Assembly (NCBI RefSeq): GCF_001194135.2
Contig: NC_068987.1
Location: 24,047,567-24,111,566 of the forward strand
DNA: 64,000 nucleotides
Direction of reading: 5' to 3'
DNA from: Octopus bimaculoides
Taxonomy: Eukaryota
A program made the translations under genes and the position numbers. This document shows positions 25,351 to 37,495 of this stretch, in pieces (within the stretch, counting starts at the first letter, position 1; every line of letters starts with the position of its first letter). The notes under the pieces were generated by a model. That model ran no database searches. It saw nothing but the letters and a program-made list of their open reading frames with translations, and was not told the origin of the DNA.

Positions 25351-26759
25351 GTCAATTTATCCGGCTTGCAGAATTTAGTCTCTTCAGTAGTACTAGCGTC
25401 TGTACTATGGAATTTATATCCAACTTCATCTAAAAGGCAGTTGAACCCATGTAAATATGTAGTAAGTGAAACCAAATCTATTCATGTCTTCCACTATATT
25501 CTTGTCAGACTGAGGTCTAAACTTTATGGTTTGTACACAATAAAAGGTCCCTGTTGCACACAATTGTTCAGCGTTCTAAAAGTGTGTAAAATAAATTGTT
25601 TTATTAGATTAAAATAAAATTATTGCCTTCTGATTCTCTCTGTATACAGTTGACTTTCTGCATTATGACATTCTTGAATGAAACTAATGTTTGTACTAAT
25701 CGAATTTATCATGGTTATTTGAATGTATATTCTGATAACCTTTGCATATTGATTTACAAGGTGTTTAATAAATTTCTGTACTGCGTCATATTACTGACTA
25801 TCATATCTTTTGCTAAAAGTCCTTTAGAGTGGAGATAATGATGGGATACATAGAAAGAACAGAAGAGATACTGTGAACGAATAGATAAGTCAAAGATGTT
25901 ATCTGCATAGTAAGCAATAATTTAGCTAGTGTTTGCATATTTCATTAAAAAAAAATCCATTTCCAAAACGTCAAGCAAAATTCAATTATTAAAAATTCCC
26001 TAGCATGCTAGAAATAGCAACAGTAAAGTTCTTTGCAGCTCTAAAACATTTTGTCTCCCTCATTATTATAACAATAATATATTTGTTAATTAAATGCTAC
26101 TGTTTACATAATGTAACTTCTCATTTTCATTCTAGCATTATTACAACTTGATGTCTCCCCCTATGCTCTGACTTCGTTTCCTTATAACAAAGAAAGGGGA
26201 GAGGAGGAGTGTTTATTGGACATGTCCACTACAGACTGCTAAATGTTTGGAGAAAAAAAAACATACTCAGAATAAAACAGCAGTTATATTTTCATATGAG
26301 TGCTTCCGGCCACTGTGTCTGAAGACTCGTCAATACTGCCAAGCGCAACAATTGATACATAACATTCTGACCATAAACAGAAATATAGGGCTCGACGATA
26401 TAAATACAAGTTTGCTGAGCCGATTAGTTCGATCTGCATAAACAGTGCTTCTTTGACAGTAGTGTGTCGATGTTGAAAGGCAAAGGAAAAAGACAGAAGA
26501 GTTGCAACATTAGAATATATCAAAATTGAAACTCATGCTTGAAAAATCTGATGAATTTTATGATAAAGTTTACGAGTATGACAGCAACAGTATGCACTAC
26601 GATTTAAAAGATGAGCAAATCTTAAAATAGTTTTCACTTAACTTTTGTTACTTAATATGATGATTAACACGTCTAATTAGAAATAACACGAGAAGATACA
26701 ATCAACGGTTGGGTGTAAATATATTTAATGTTTCCACCGCATTTTGGTTTAATTATATC

Positions 26760-27265
26760 TTGTTAAAATACAATAATTAAGCATGAATACAAGATAAACC
26801 TATATATCTATGTACACACACGAGGACTCGATGAAATAGAAAATTTCCCTGGATGTCAGAAATAAAGGCTGACTAAAAATTGATTTGGCTGAATTAACAC
26901 TCAGTTGACAACGAGAGAAAAAAACGAAGGAGTACATCGTGATAACATGTGATAATTAATAAACAAATACTAGAGGTTACCATGTTTAATGTCGGCTAAA
27001 AATTTCTAAAAGTGAACAGATAATAGAGATTAAACATAAAAGCAAAATAACATGTAACCATTAATACATATTATGAGTTGTCACAACAGAGATGTTACCA
27101 TTAGAAATACTAAAACCTTACATTCAATAGTTTTCTTTCTGTCTTTTCTCAAAATTTGGTACAATAACACAAGGATGAACAGACATTAACTGTAGTGCGA
27201 CAAAATTTAGACACACTTCCGTAGTTTTAAGTAGCTATCTATCAGCTGCATTTTCGTAAAAGGAT
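26760..27265 (-). promoter_or_regulatory. Conserved promoter/first-exon block of ZF4
   Basis: Homologous block; TCAGCTGCATTTTCGTAAAA with core at 27252-27261. Confidence 0.6.
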
Positions 27266-27437
27266 TTCTCTTTCTATAACTATTTGCTGGCATATAAAAA
27301 ATGCGCTTTCCTTTTCAATTTTTGAGTGTATGAAAAAAATTGTCCTGCATCTTATGCGCCCCTATTACAGACTGAATGTCCTAGGCTAGGGAGCCGAATA
27401 AGTATATGTTTGTTTCGTTCAATAACGTAGAATATTC

Positions 27438-27600
27438 GGTAAATTTTGAGAAATACACCCGCACGCGTTCACTAAGAAAAAAAAACTGCGTATTTTTTAC
27501 GTGGAATCAAGGGTGTTATTTGATTCTTTCACCGGCACGATTTTCACTAAGAAAGCAAACAAAACAAAAAAAAAACTCGGATTTTTTGCGTGGAATCAAG
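27438..27600. mobile_element. Diverged partial copy of the GGTAAATTTT-TIR MITE family
   Basis: GGTAAATTTTGAGAAATACACCCGCACGCGTTCACTA resembles the TIR at 61047. Confidence 0.5.
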
Positions 27601-27659
27601 TACCCTGACCTCCTAATAAGCTACAAACTCCTTATTTTTGTTCGGAAAAAAAGTGGGAG

Positions 27660-28330
27660 GGAGAACGCCCCCCCCCCACCATATCCTGGAATCATTGGAA
27701 TTTTTTTATTTTTTCGTTGAATGAATCCGGTGATCTCCTAATATGCTACAAAACCCATTTTTGGGTCCGGAAAACGGGGTTGGGTGAGGTGGNNNNNNNN
27801 NNNNNNNNNNNNNNNNNNNNNNNNNNNNNNNNNNNNNNNNNNNNNNNNNNNNNNNNNNNNNNNNNNNNNNNNNNNNNNNNNNNNNNNNNNNNNNNNNNNN
27901 NNNNNNNNNNNNNNNNNNNNNNNNNNNNNNNNNNNNNNNNNNNNNNNNCGGTGACCTCCTAATATGTCACAAAACTCTTTTGGGGGTCCGGAAAACGAGG
28001 TGGGGTGGAATCCTCGGAAAGTTCACCACCATTTTCAAATATTTTTTGCTATTTCTTTCTTTACCCATAATTTTAGATAACATTTTGCAGAAATACGTTT
28101 TCGAGAGAGTGTGGATTACATTAGATTGAAAATTCAAAGAAGTTTGAAATGAATAAGTGAAGATGTAGAGGTTAGAGAAGTTAGTGGTAACGAAGTGTGG
28201 AGAGGTAGACAGTAAATTCATCTTTAAAAAAACACGTTAGAGTTTTTGTATATATGAGTGAAATGGAGTAAAATATTAACAAAATATCTTTTTCCTACCT
28301 CTTAAAATCACTAGATAAAATATATATAAT
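27660..28330. mobile_element. Non-autonomous DNA-transposon-like repeat (same family as 8835-9450), spanning a gap
   Basis: Near-identical segments to 8835-9300. Confidence 0.6.
27793..27948. other. Assembly gap (N run)
   Basis: Ns. Confidence 1.
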
Positions 28331-28349
28331 AATCCCGAATAGATTTTCC

Positions 28350-28425
28350 TGGCTTGCCACTCCTCAGTCAAACCGTTCAACCCATGCCAGAATGGAAAGC
28401 AGACGTTAAACGATGATGGTGATGA
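28350..28425 (+). mobile_element. Truncated RTE-tail repeat with (GAT)n
   Basis: CCTCAGTCAAACCGTTCAACCCATGCCAGAATGGAAAGCAGACGTTAAACGATGATG. Confidence 0.7.
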
Positions 28426-28478
28426 TGATCATATATATAATTATGATAGATTGTTACCCATTCAATGTTTAGGTAAAT

Positions 28479-28656
28479 AAACTTCGTCACCCACTCATTC
28501 ACTCTCTCTCTCTCCACACAAAAATGAAACACATTTCGGCGCCAAAAATAGATTTTCTTTTTGCAATTTTTGGCGCCGAAATTTGTTTTGTTTTTGTGTG
28601 GGGAGAAAGAGAGAGAGTGAGAGAGAAAGAGATAGTCAGTGGGTGACGAAGGGTTT
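28479..28656. mobile_element. Foldback/palindromic MITE-like element
   Basis: CTTCGTCACCCAC...GTGGGTGACGAAG arms, inner (CT)n/(GA)n and TTTCGGCGCCAAAAA / TTTTTGGCGCCGAAA inverted repeats. Confidence 0.65.
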
Positions 28657-29207
28657 TGTAGCAAATTTGGTCACCGGAATTCAGTCAATGAAAAACAAAA
28701 AATTCCAATGATTCCGGGATATGGGGGAAGATTGAATAGAATAAGTGAAAATGCTGAAGGTAGAGAAAGTGGTGGTAACGAAGTCTGGGCAGGAGAGATA
28801 AAGAATGATACAAAATTCTCCTGAAAAAACGTTAGTACTTGTGTGTGTGTGTGTGTGTGTGAAACAAGTAAAAGTATAATATTCAAACAAAATATCTTTT
28901 TCATACCTCTTAAAATCACTGGATATATTAATCCTAGATTGCAGAGGTTTCAGAAGAAAAAAGAAATCATTTTCCCTTCTCAATTTTTGGCACCGAAACT
29001 AAAATCATAACTAATGTGTTTCATTTTTGTGTGCGTGGGAGAGAGAGAAAGAGTGAGTGAAGGTGCACATCATGTATTTTTTTGCATGTATGTGTAAGTG
29101 ACACTCTCGTTCTCTCTCTCTCTCACTCACACACATTATCTTTTATGTAATACACTTTGTTTACCTAAATTTCAGTGGTACAGCAATATATTATATTATA
29201 TATATAT

Positions 29208-29435
29208 CATCATCATCATCATCGTTTAATGTCCGTCTTCCATGCTAGCATGGGTTGGACGGTTTGACTGAGGACTGGCAAGCCAGGAGGCTGCCCAGGC
29301 TCCAATCTGTTCTGGCTAGGTTTCTACAGCTGGATGCCCTTCCTAATGCCAACCACTCCAAGAGTGTAGTAGGTGCTTTTTATATACCACTGGCATGGGA
29401 GCCAGTCAAGTGGTACTGGCATCAACCACACTCGA
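29208..29435 (-). mobile_element. RTE-tail SINE/LINE 3' end
   Basis: Same family as 25108-25350. Confidence 0.75.
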
Positions 29436-30843
29436 AAAGTTGAAACCTAAACTATGTAGGTTAATTCTGTTCCAATGGATTGCATTAGCTGGGTCATCAC
29501 ATCATATATGTGGACACAGTTTATACAGAACTTTGTGGATGCGTACATTTTATACAAACTCACATGAATGGATACACACACAGATTACTAATCTGTAAAT
29601 CTTATCTGTAATATCATTCTGCTCGGGTTGATGTATGTTTTGCTTAACTATGAAATAAAATCAAAGACATAATCTAATATGCACACAAAAATTTATATTT
29701 CTATTAAACTATGGAACAAAATCAATGAGGTGGCCGACTGTTATAAACAGCATTTAAATTATTTGCAAATTATTTCAATGTGAAATAAATACATACATAA
29801 ATATATATGTATGTGTCAAGTGTGCATGCATGTGTATGTGTAAAGTTTTTTTAAGAATTCACTGTAGGACAGCTGCTATACTTCATTCAAGGGGAGTGTA
29901 TGTTCAAGTCCAGTCTTATGCCCTTATTTGATATGAAAGGCAAGATGTGCAATATATCAAAATTTTATTAAAGCATTATCAACATAGTCATACAATAGTA
30001 GAATTAACATCTTTGATTTCATTGCATAGTTACATAGTTAAGATTATTTAAAGTGTTTGCTTATTATTCCTTGAACATATTTTTAATAATTTTAGTCACA
30101 ATGGAAAGACAAAGAGAAGTGAACTAATATTTTCTAACAGACAATTATATATAACACTTCCTAGTGTATATTTACTTCAGGATGTAAAAATAGAAATAAG
30201 AAATCACAAGAAAGATAAATTGAGATGCGTATAACAAATATAATTTTCAAAGATGATTTATACTTTTTAGAAAATAACTTTGAAACTTTACTCTACTTCA
30301 AGAAACAAACATCACAGCAAAGAATGCAGTTTCAAAAGAAATTATATACTTCATAGGTCTCTGTAAACTTCAGTCTTTCAGTTTTCAAACATAACTGTGG
30401 GACTTCCATGGATGTTGCTAGTTTGCTTGAACCTGCATGCTTGTGCAGTTACTAATTGTTGATACCGCAGTCATCACCACAAGCTAATAAGGCCACTGAT
30501 CCTTAGATCACCTCCAACCTGACCTAAACAGTGAATTAAATTATCAACATATAGGGACATCATATATTGTAACCATATCTGAAGTCTGTTATTGATAATA
30601 ATAAACCTTGATGAATGCCTACATATACACTATATTCTGTATCTTTCAAATATCAACATTTCAGTTAGTCATGGCTCTCCTCATAATTTATATTTTTTGC
30701 TATCATATTCTTCAATATTTTGAATGAAAGGGAGGTCATTCTAATTAAAGTTGGACTTTTAGAGTAACTCATTCTTCCAACTACACAAAATTACTTTTGC
30801 AGAACAGATGAAATAGCTTTCATAGATTATTACAGTTTTAATC

Positions 30844-31073
30844 TTAACTCTTTTGACACCAACCTACCTGAGACTGCTCCTGGTTCCATGACTCAAACTT
30901 CATGTTTTAAAGTGATCTAAATTAAAACTTTCCATCAAAATTTCATATCAATTTGTTTCAAACACCAGCTTAATAATGACAAAGTTATTTTACTAATTTT
31001 TTTTTTATTTTCAAAATCAACTGAAACAAAGGCAATGTATTTCAACAGAAATATATGATAACAAAAGTTTTAA
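30844..31073. mobile_element. piggyBac-like MITE inserted in the conserved 3' block of ZF5
   Basis: TTAA...TTAA, homologous to 21174-21402; removing it restores alignment to the ZF2 3' flank. Confidence 0.7.
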
Positions 31074-31761
31074 ATCACAAAAATAATTCACACAAAATAC
31101 AACTGTCAACTGTTCGCAGCATCAATAAACATAGTGACAAATGTCTGTGTAACCAAATTAAGTTTGATGTTAATCCAAAGTAAATAGTGAACAATTTTAC
31201 ACATTTATATAAAATTTAATTATAAAATATTTGAACACCTCATTTTTGACTGACATTAAACCAGATACATTGACAAACATAAATCTACATTCAGTTCCAT
31301 TATCACATCAATTTTATTTAACATTTTCCAGGATATCCTGGAAAAAACAAAAAAAAATAAAATAAAATATCCAATTTGAGAGAACCTGACACCAGAAATT
31401 TCTCAAACATGAGATTTTTCAAGTTTGACAGACATAAAAACAACACAATAAGGAAACATAAATCAATGAAATTAATTTTAATATATTGTGTGTGAATATT
31501 TTATTGAAACTTTTCTCAACCAAATAAACATTTTGGTTGGTATCTGATAAAACAGTGTTATAGAAAGTTAACAATAGTAAATATTACAACACTGAGACAT
31601 AATTTTCTTTAAAATGTTACAAAATATTCTCAAATACTTCAAGTAATAGAACATTATATAAACTTTACTTTCAGCTAATTTTCATGATGTTCCATGACAT
31701 TTGATTTATAAGTAAAGCTACCATATTTAATGGATATTTTGTCTTGATTTCATGATGTTTC

Positions 31762-32865
31762 TTATTTGCGTACATGAACAGGTTTGTGACGGGTTAAACT
31801 TTGATTATCAGCATATGCCTTACCACAAATATCACAGCTGAATGGTCTTTCACCTGTGTGACCACGTACATGAAGTTTTAAATGACCTCTCTGAGAAAAT
31901 GTTTTACTACAGATATGACAGTGGTATGGATTTTCACCAGTGTGAATACGAACATGTTGAGTTAAATGACCATTCTGAGAGAATGTTTTCCCACATATAT
32001 CACAGTGGTATGGTTTCTCACCAGTGTGCATGCGTATATGTCTAGTTAATCCAGTACTCTCAGAGAATGTTTTCCTACAGACATCACAGTGGTATGGTTT
32101 CTCTCCTGTGTGAACCTGTTTGTGACGAGTCAATTTATTATATTCCGAGAATGTTTTCTCACATATATCACAGTGGTATGGCTTCTCACCAGTATGAGTA
32201 CGTTTGTGAACAGTCATATTGCCTCTCTGAGAGAATGTTTTCCCACAGACATCACAGCTATATGGTTTTTCCCTTGTGTGAATGTATTTGTGTCTTTTCA
32301 GATAAGACCTTCGTGAAAATGTTTTAGCACAAATACCACATTGATATGGTTTCTCTCCTGTGTGAGTTCGTTTGTGAAGAATTAATTTATCACTTTGAGA
32401 GAATCTTTTGCCACAGATATCACAATGATATGGTTTTTCACCTGAGTGAGTATACTTATGTGTAGTCAAATGACCTTGCTGAGAGAATGCTCTCCCACAA
32501 ATATCACAGTGGTATGGTTTTTCACCTGTATGAATACGCTTATGCTTGGTCAAATTACTGCTGTCAAAGAAAGTTTTGTCACAGATTATGCATTGGTAAA
32601 TTTTCTTATCTTTCTGAACATTTTTATGCAAAGACAAAGAGCTGGTTTTAGCAATTGTTTTACTATAAATTTTTAAATATTTAAGCTTTGAGCTTGTATG
32701 AAGTAATTTTTGCTTAAATAAGGTATCAGATTGTGCGAATGTTTTCATATCATTGTCAAAGTAATATGATACCTTCTCTGTATCTTCATATGTCTGATAA
32801 GATATGTCACTGGATTCAGGCTCTGTTTGATCACAAGCCTGACTCTCACCCAGTTTATTCTCCAT
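31762..32865 (-). CDS. ZF5: C2H2 zinc-finger protein, leader plus 10 fingers, 367 aa
   Basis: Intact ORF; leader nearly identical to ZF4; ends HKPVHVRK* with the terminal finger deleted. Confidence 0.93.
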   Translation of the reverse strand: MENKLGESQACDQTEPESSDISYQTYEDTEKVSYYFDNDMKTFAQSDTLFKQKLLHTSSKLKYLKIYSKTIAKTSSLSLHKNVQKDKKIYQCIICDKTFFDSSNLTKHKRIHTGEKPYHCDICGRAFSQQGHLTTHKYTHSGEKPYHCDICGKRFSQSDKLILHKRTHTGEKPYQCGICAKTFSRRSYLKRHKYIHTREKPYSCDVCGKTFSQRGNMTVHKRTHTGEKPYHCDICEKTFSEYNKLTRHKQVHTGEKPYHCDVCRKTFSESTGLTRHIRMHTGEKPYHCDICGKTFSQNGHLTQHVRIHTGENPYHCHICSKTFSQRGHLKLHVRGHTGERPFSCDICGKAYADNQSLTRHKPVHVRK

Positions 32866-35800
32866 AATTACTACACAAATATTCTAAAATATTCTGTTAT
32901 CAAATACCTCCATGGAGAATATTAATAAATTGCATGAATCCTCTTAATAAATACTGAAGTTGCAATGTATTTTCTTTTGAACTAAAAAGTGATATCTGAT
33001 AAAGACTGATGATGTCTCAGTCATAAAGAAACAGTTTCATGATATTTTATTTGGACAGTTTTTGTTTTTTCCTAGAGTCCATTCTTGGAATTAAAAGGCA
33101 CCAGTAAACTGACTTCAGTTCTTAAGAGACACCTAGATAAACCAAGAGAAACTTCATTTTTTGAAATTATTTTTTTATTATAATTTGTTTATAAACTTCA
33201 TTGCTGCTTTAGGTTACAGAGAATAGTTACTTGTATTTTTGATCATGTCAGTCTTCAGTGTTCAAAATCTGACAAATTTCGTGAATTGGCAATGTTGCCA
33301 CAAACCCTGAAATAAATAATATAAGGTGAAAAGGACAATGGAAAGTTGACACAAAGGTTATTTTGAAGGTAAATCTTGACTAGAGATACTGAAATGATAT
33401 GTACAGAAGAAAGGCACAATAGTATGAATATGTGTAAATGGAAGATGTGATATTTGGAAAGGAGATAATAAATATGCTAGTGTAGAAAGAAGAGTAGGTT
33501 GTTTTTTCATAGATGTATTTACAAATAGATAATTTATGAACATAGATCTGGATGAAAAGTAATAATTCAGTTAGTTCTATCACATTTGATGCAAGAAACA
33601 CTAAAAAAAAACTATAACTAGAAATGATTATTAAATGAGAATAAAACAATATTAATCAATGACTAATATAATTTTATTAATTATGGCATGTATAGGCAAC
33701 AACTCCTGGTATATTTTGATCTTATTATGGCCTCATTAGCAAAGCATACTGGAGTAAAAATGGAAAAATCTAAGTATATGAACAAATTTATACATTGGGT
33801 TGTGTAGGAAAATAGAGACACATCTGTTTCAGTCTTCTTTTGTAATTTACATTACTGATATAGCCATATTAGTCTGAAACAATATCTTAGCACAAATATC
33901 TCAGAGATATTTTTTCAGCCAAAGTGTAATTATAATATCTTAATAAGACATATAAATTTATGTTAACAAACCAATTCTCATTACTATTGTAAATTCAGAA
34001 GATACCAACAACCGGCTGTGAAACACTGTTAATAAATAACAAAAGGAATCAAAGCAATTCATTTTCCAGGTGGGTTGATATTATTGCAGGCAATTTGGAT
34101 GTTTGCATGGAATATGGTCTATTAAAAGGGTGACAGTTCAATAGTAATAGTTTGGCTGTTCAGTTGGATACAACTTTTGAAAATAAAGTATCATGTGACA
34201 ATGACTATATTTAGATAAACACTGCACAACACAATATTTCATCCTCATCCTCATCACCACCACCACCATCAATTGCATCTATTTTCCATGATGGCATAGA
34301 ACAGACAGGCTATCATGGTTTGAGTCAATTCTTCTTTCGAGTCACTGCTCTTCTAGATGGGGTTAGAGGATCATGTCTTACTCATACTTTTCTCCTGTCC
34401 TAACAGAACCAACTTATAAAGTGCACTGGGTGAGTTTTATCATGACACCGAGAGGTTGTCATGTCTTTGAGGCAACTAAAGAGTGGTCTCAATTATGACA
34501 TGTCTGGTTTTTGAACTGAATATATCGAATTTCTTCTGGTCTCTTGGGTATTGTGCACTTAAAGATATGGAGAGGTGGTCAGAGAAATGTTACTGGAGAC
34601 TAGAGATTGGTAAGACCATCGCTACACATTAAACAAGCAAAGTGATCACCTAAGGCATTAAAATCTGGAGATGCCAGAAAAAGAAAATAAAAATGTTACA
34701 AATATTATCTTTTATCTTTGGTATTTGTATCCATATCTGTTGACAAAGAATTGCTGTGGTTGTTTGAACAGTGTTTTAGTAGAAAACTTAATCATTACTA
34801 GTTAAACTACTGATGCAGTATTGTTCACTATATATGCAGTTGTACCTGGCTGTATTCAATAAACAGTCATAACTAGAAGAGTGCAGTCATTGTAGAGCTA
34901 GCCTAATACTCTAGGACCACTCAGGACATTGGAATGCATATTATATATTCCGATGATGATGATGATTATCAGAATAATGCTTGGGAAACATGAAGGAACA
35001 GGTGATATGTTGTGTGCAACAATGAAATTGTACATTACATTGATAAAGTATAAGTGAATGTATGCTAAAAGATATAAAACTTAATAGATTTTCATTGAAT
35101 TATTCTCTATTAATAGATGCAGGCATGGCTGTGTGGTAAGAAGTTTGCTTCCCAATCACATGGTTCTAGTCCAGTCCCATAGCATAGCACCTGGCTGACA
35201 AAAGCTTTATGAGTGGATTTGGTATACAGAAATTAGTTATAAAGATTCATTAGAAACTAAGCTCATTGATATGTAGGATGCCAGAAATGACTAGGCACAA
35301 TAACATAGTGCTTACAGTGAAGTAAACAACAACAAAGACATCAAATGTTGGTAGGATACTGTAGCTCTGCATGTACCAAATCCAATTTAAACTATTGATC
35401 CGACTCAGCGGTTGGTCCTTACTGTGGTCTAGGTATAAAAAATAAACACAAATGGTATTTAAAATTTACAACAGCTGATTTGGTTGAATTTTATTAATAG
35501 GATCATGTCTTACATAAAACTCACAATCATCAGGTAAAATTTTAAACAGGTGAGATTTCTTACATTGATCTGGACAAATCCAACATTACTAGGATCAGTA
35601 ACTCATTCAAACTTAACATTTGAATATATAGAATAATTAGGTGTGGGTAAATAAGAAACAAAGGGATCAAACAACCATACTATTTAAATTCACCTATCTG
35701 AATTACTCATGTTGAAATAGTTTAAGAATCCAGAAACATATTGTAGCCATAAGTCGTAATTAAATGGTCATCAAAACTAAGCAGGCATTTTCTCAGTTAA

Positions 35801-36649
35801 AAGAGATAATTTACATGGTTCCTAGCAGACAGAAAACATAAAACTGTCATCAACTTTTGCCCTAATCTCTCCAATTTACGCACAATAGATACACAGACAC
35901 ACGTATATATATAATTAATCCAATAGGATAAAATCTTTTATAAGAATTTTATCAAGTAGTTAGCGTGAAAAAACTCATAAGGGAAAAAATCCATCATTTA
36001 TTCCACTAGAATATATTTATTTATATTTATATAAGGGCATTACTATATTATGGTAGTTTTAGCGTGAGGCATTCTTCTATAGTAATGCCCTTTTATATAT
36101 ATATATATACATATGCATAGAGATATACTCCAAAGTATGGGTGTTTGATCTCTTTGTTTCTTATTGGCCTGTTTTAAGCCATAACCTCTAATTATCCTTT
36201 ATATTCAAAAGTTAACCCTCTCAGACCTGGGCACCAGTGTTAAACTTTACCTTCCACCTGGGCCCCTGAGTACAGAAATTAATAGTTCCATACATAGCTC
36301 AAGAGTAATGATTGGAGGCTAACTAAAGGATAGAATTGGCTGCATCTTATTTCTCTGCGTGTGTTGTCCATTACTGAGAATATGGCAGAGATAACATTTA
36401 ACCTATTCCTGCAATAGCAGGAATACGGCGTGACAGGGTTAAGTTTCAATGAACCACTGATCCAACAGACGTTAGATTTGTTCAGATCGATGTAAGAAAT
36501 CTCACCTGTTAACAATTTTACTTGATGATTGTCTATTATGTGTTATGATGTAATCTTCAATGAATGCATTAATAAAATTCTACTGAAACAGCTGTCGTAT
36601 ATTTTGAATATCATTTTTGTTTACTTTATATGTACGTATATATCTATGT

Positions 36650-36845
36650 ATCTGTGTTTGTCCCCAACAACCATTGTTGGTGTGTTTACGTCCTGGTAAT
36701 TAACGGGTGGGGAAAAGATTCCGATAAAATAAATACCAAGCTTAAAAAAGAAAACAAGTACAGATGTCGATTCGTTCGACTAAAAATTCTTCCAGGCGGT
36801 TTCCTGCACGGCCGCAGTCTAATAACTGAAACAGGTAAAAGAATA
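36650..36845 (+). mobile_element. SINE 3' portion
   Basis: GGTGTGTTTACGTCC...GATAAAATAAATACC...GTCGATTCGTTCGACTAAAA...GGCCGCAGTC...ACTGAAACAGGTAAAAGA, resembling an abundant octopus SINE tail as recalled; not database-checked. Confidence 0.55.
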
Positions 36846-37089
36846 TGTTACGAAATGCACATGTGATCAGAGATTAAAGAGAAAAGGAACTACAAATAAC
36901 GACAAAAAATAAATGTCTTTAATTACATTTTACTGCCATATATTAAAGTGAATTTAATAAGCACACTGAACAAAAAGTAAACGTATGTATTCATACTGAT
37001 CGTCAGAAGAGAAACTACTCAGATATCCAAAATATATGAACACTGACTACAAACTGATGTGATTGCAACAAAAATCAGGAGAGAGAGAG

Positions 37090-37495
37090 AGAGAGAGAAA
37101 AACCAATGGAAAATATGTTACAATTAATAACAAATACTTTAATGTTACCGTACTGGTAAATGGCTTCTAAAAGTGAGCATCACTGATGTTTCACTTGTAA
37201 ATAGAGATTACACCTGAATGTAAACAACACCTCATCATCGTGAGGTGTTTATATATTGTGGTTTGTTAAAACAAAGGATTCTGCACTAGAAATACTAAAA
37301 TATCATATTCAATAATTGGCGACTAACAATACATCAACTTACTGTTTTCTTTCCAACTATATCGGTCTGGTGATACATTTTCAGTCACTATTTCTACCTC
37401 TGACAAAACAAACTTGACGGATAGCAAAACAAACTGATATTCTTTTAAACAAAACTAAATGACATTAATTCATGAGCCGTACTTTCGTAAAATCG
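37090..37495 (-). promoter_or_regulatory. Conserved promoter/first-exon block of ZF5
   Basis: GAGCCGTACTTTCGTAAAA (core 37483-37492); donor-like GTAAGT at 37337-37342. Confidence 0.65.

Noticed and set aside
27720-28010. Duplicated ~70 bp on both sides of a gap
   Set aside because: Probably unmerged haplotypes or internal repeats of the DNA element; not interpretable biologically
36028-36100. ~15-bp-stem hairpin (AAGGGCATTACTATA / TATAGTAATGCCCTT) as a pre-miRNA or terminator
   Set aside because: Short stem within AT-microsatellite context; more likely a small foldback repeat
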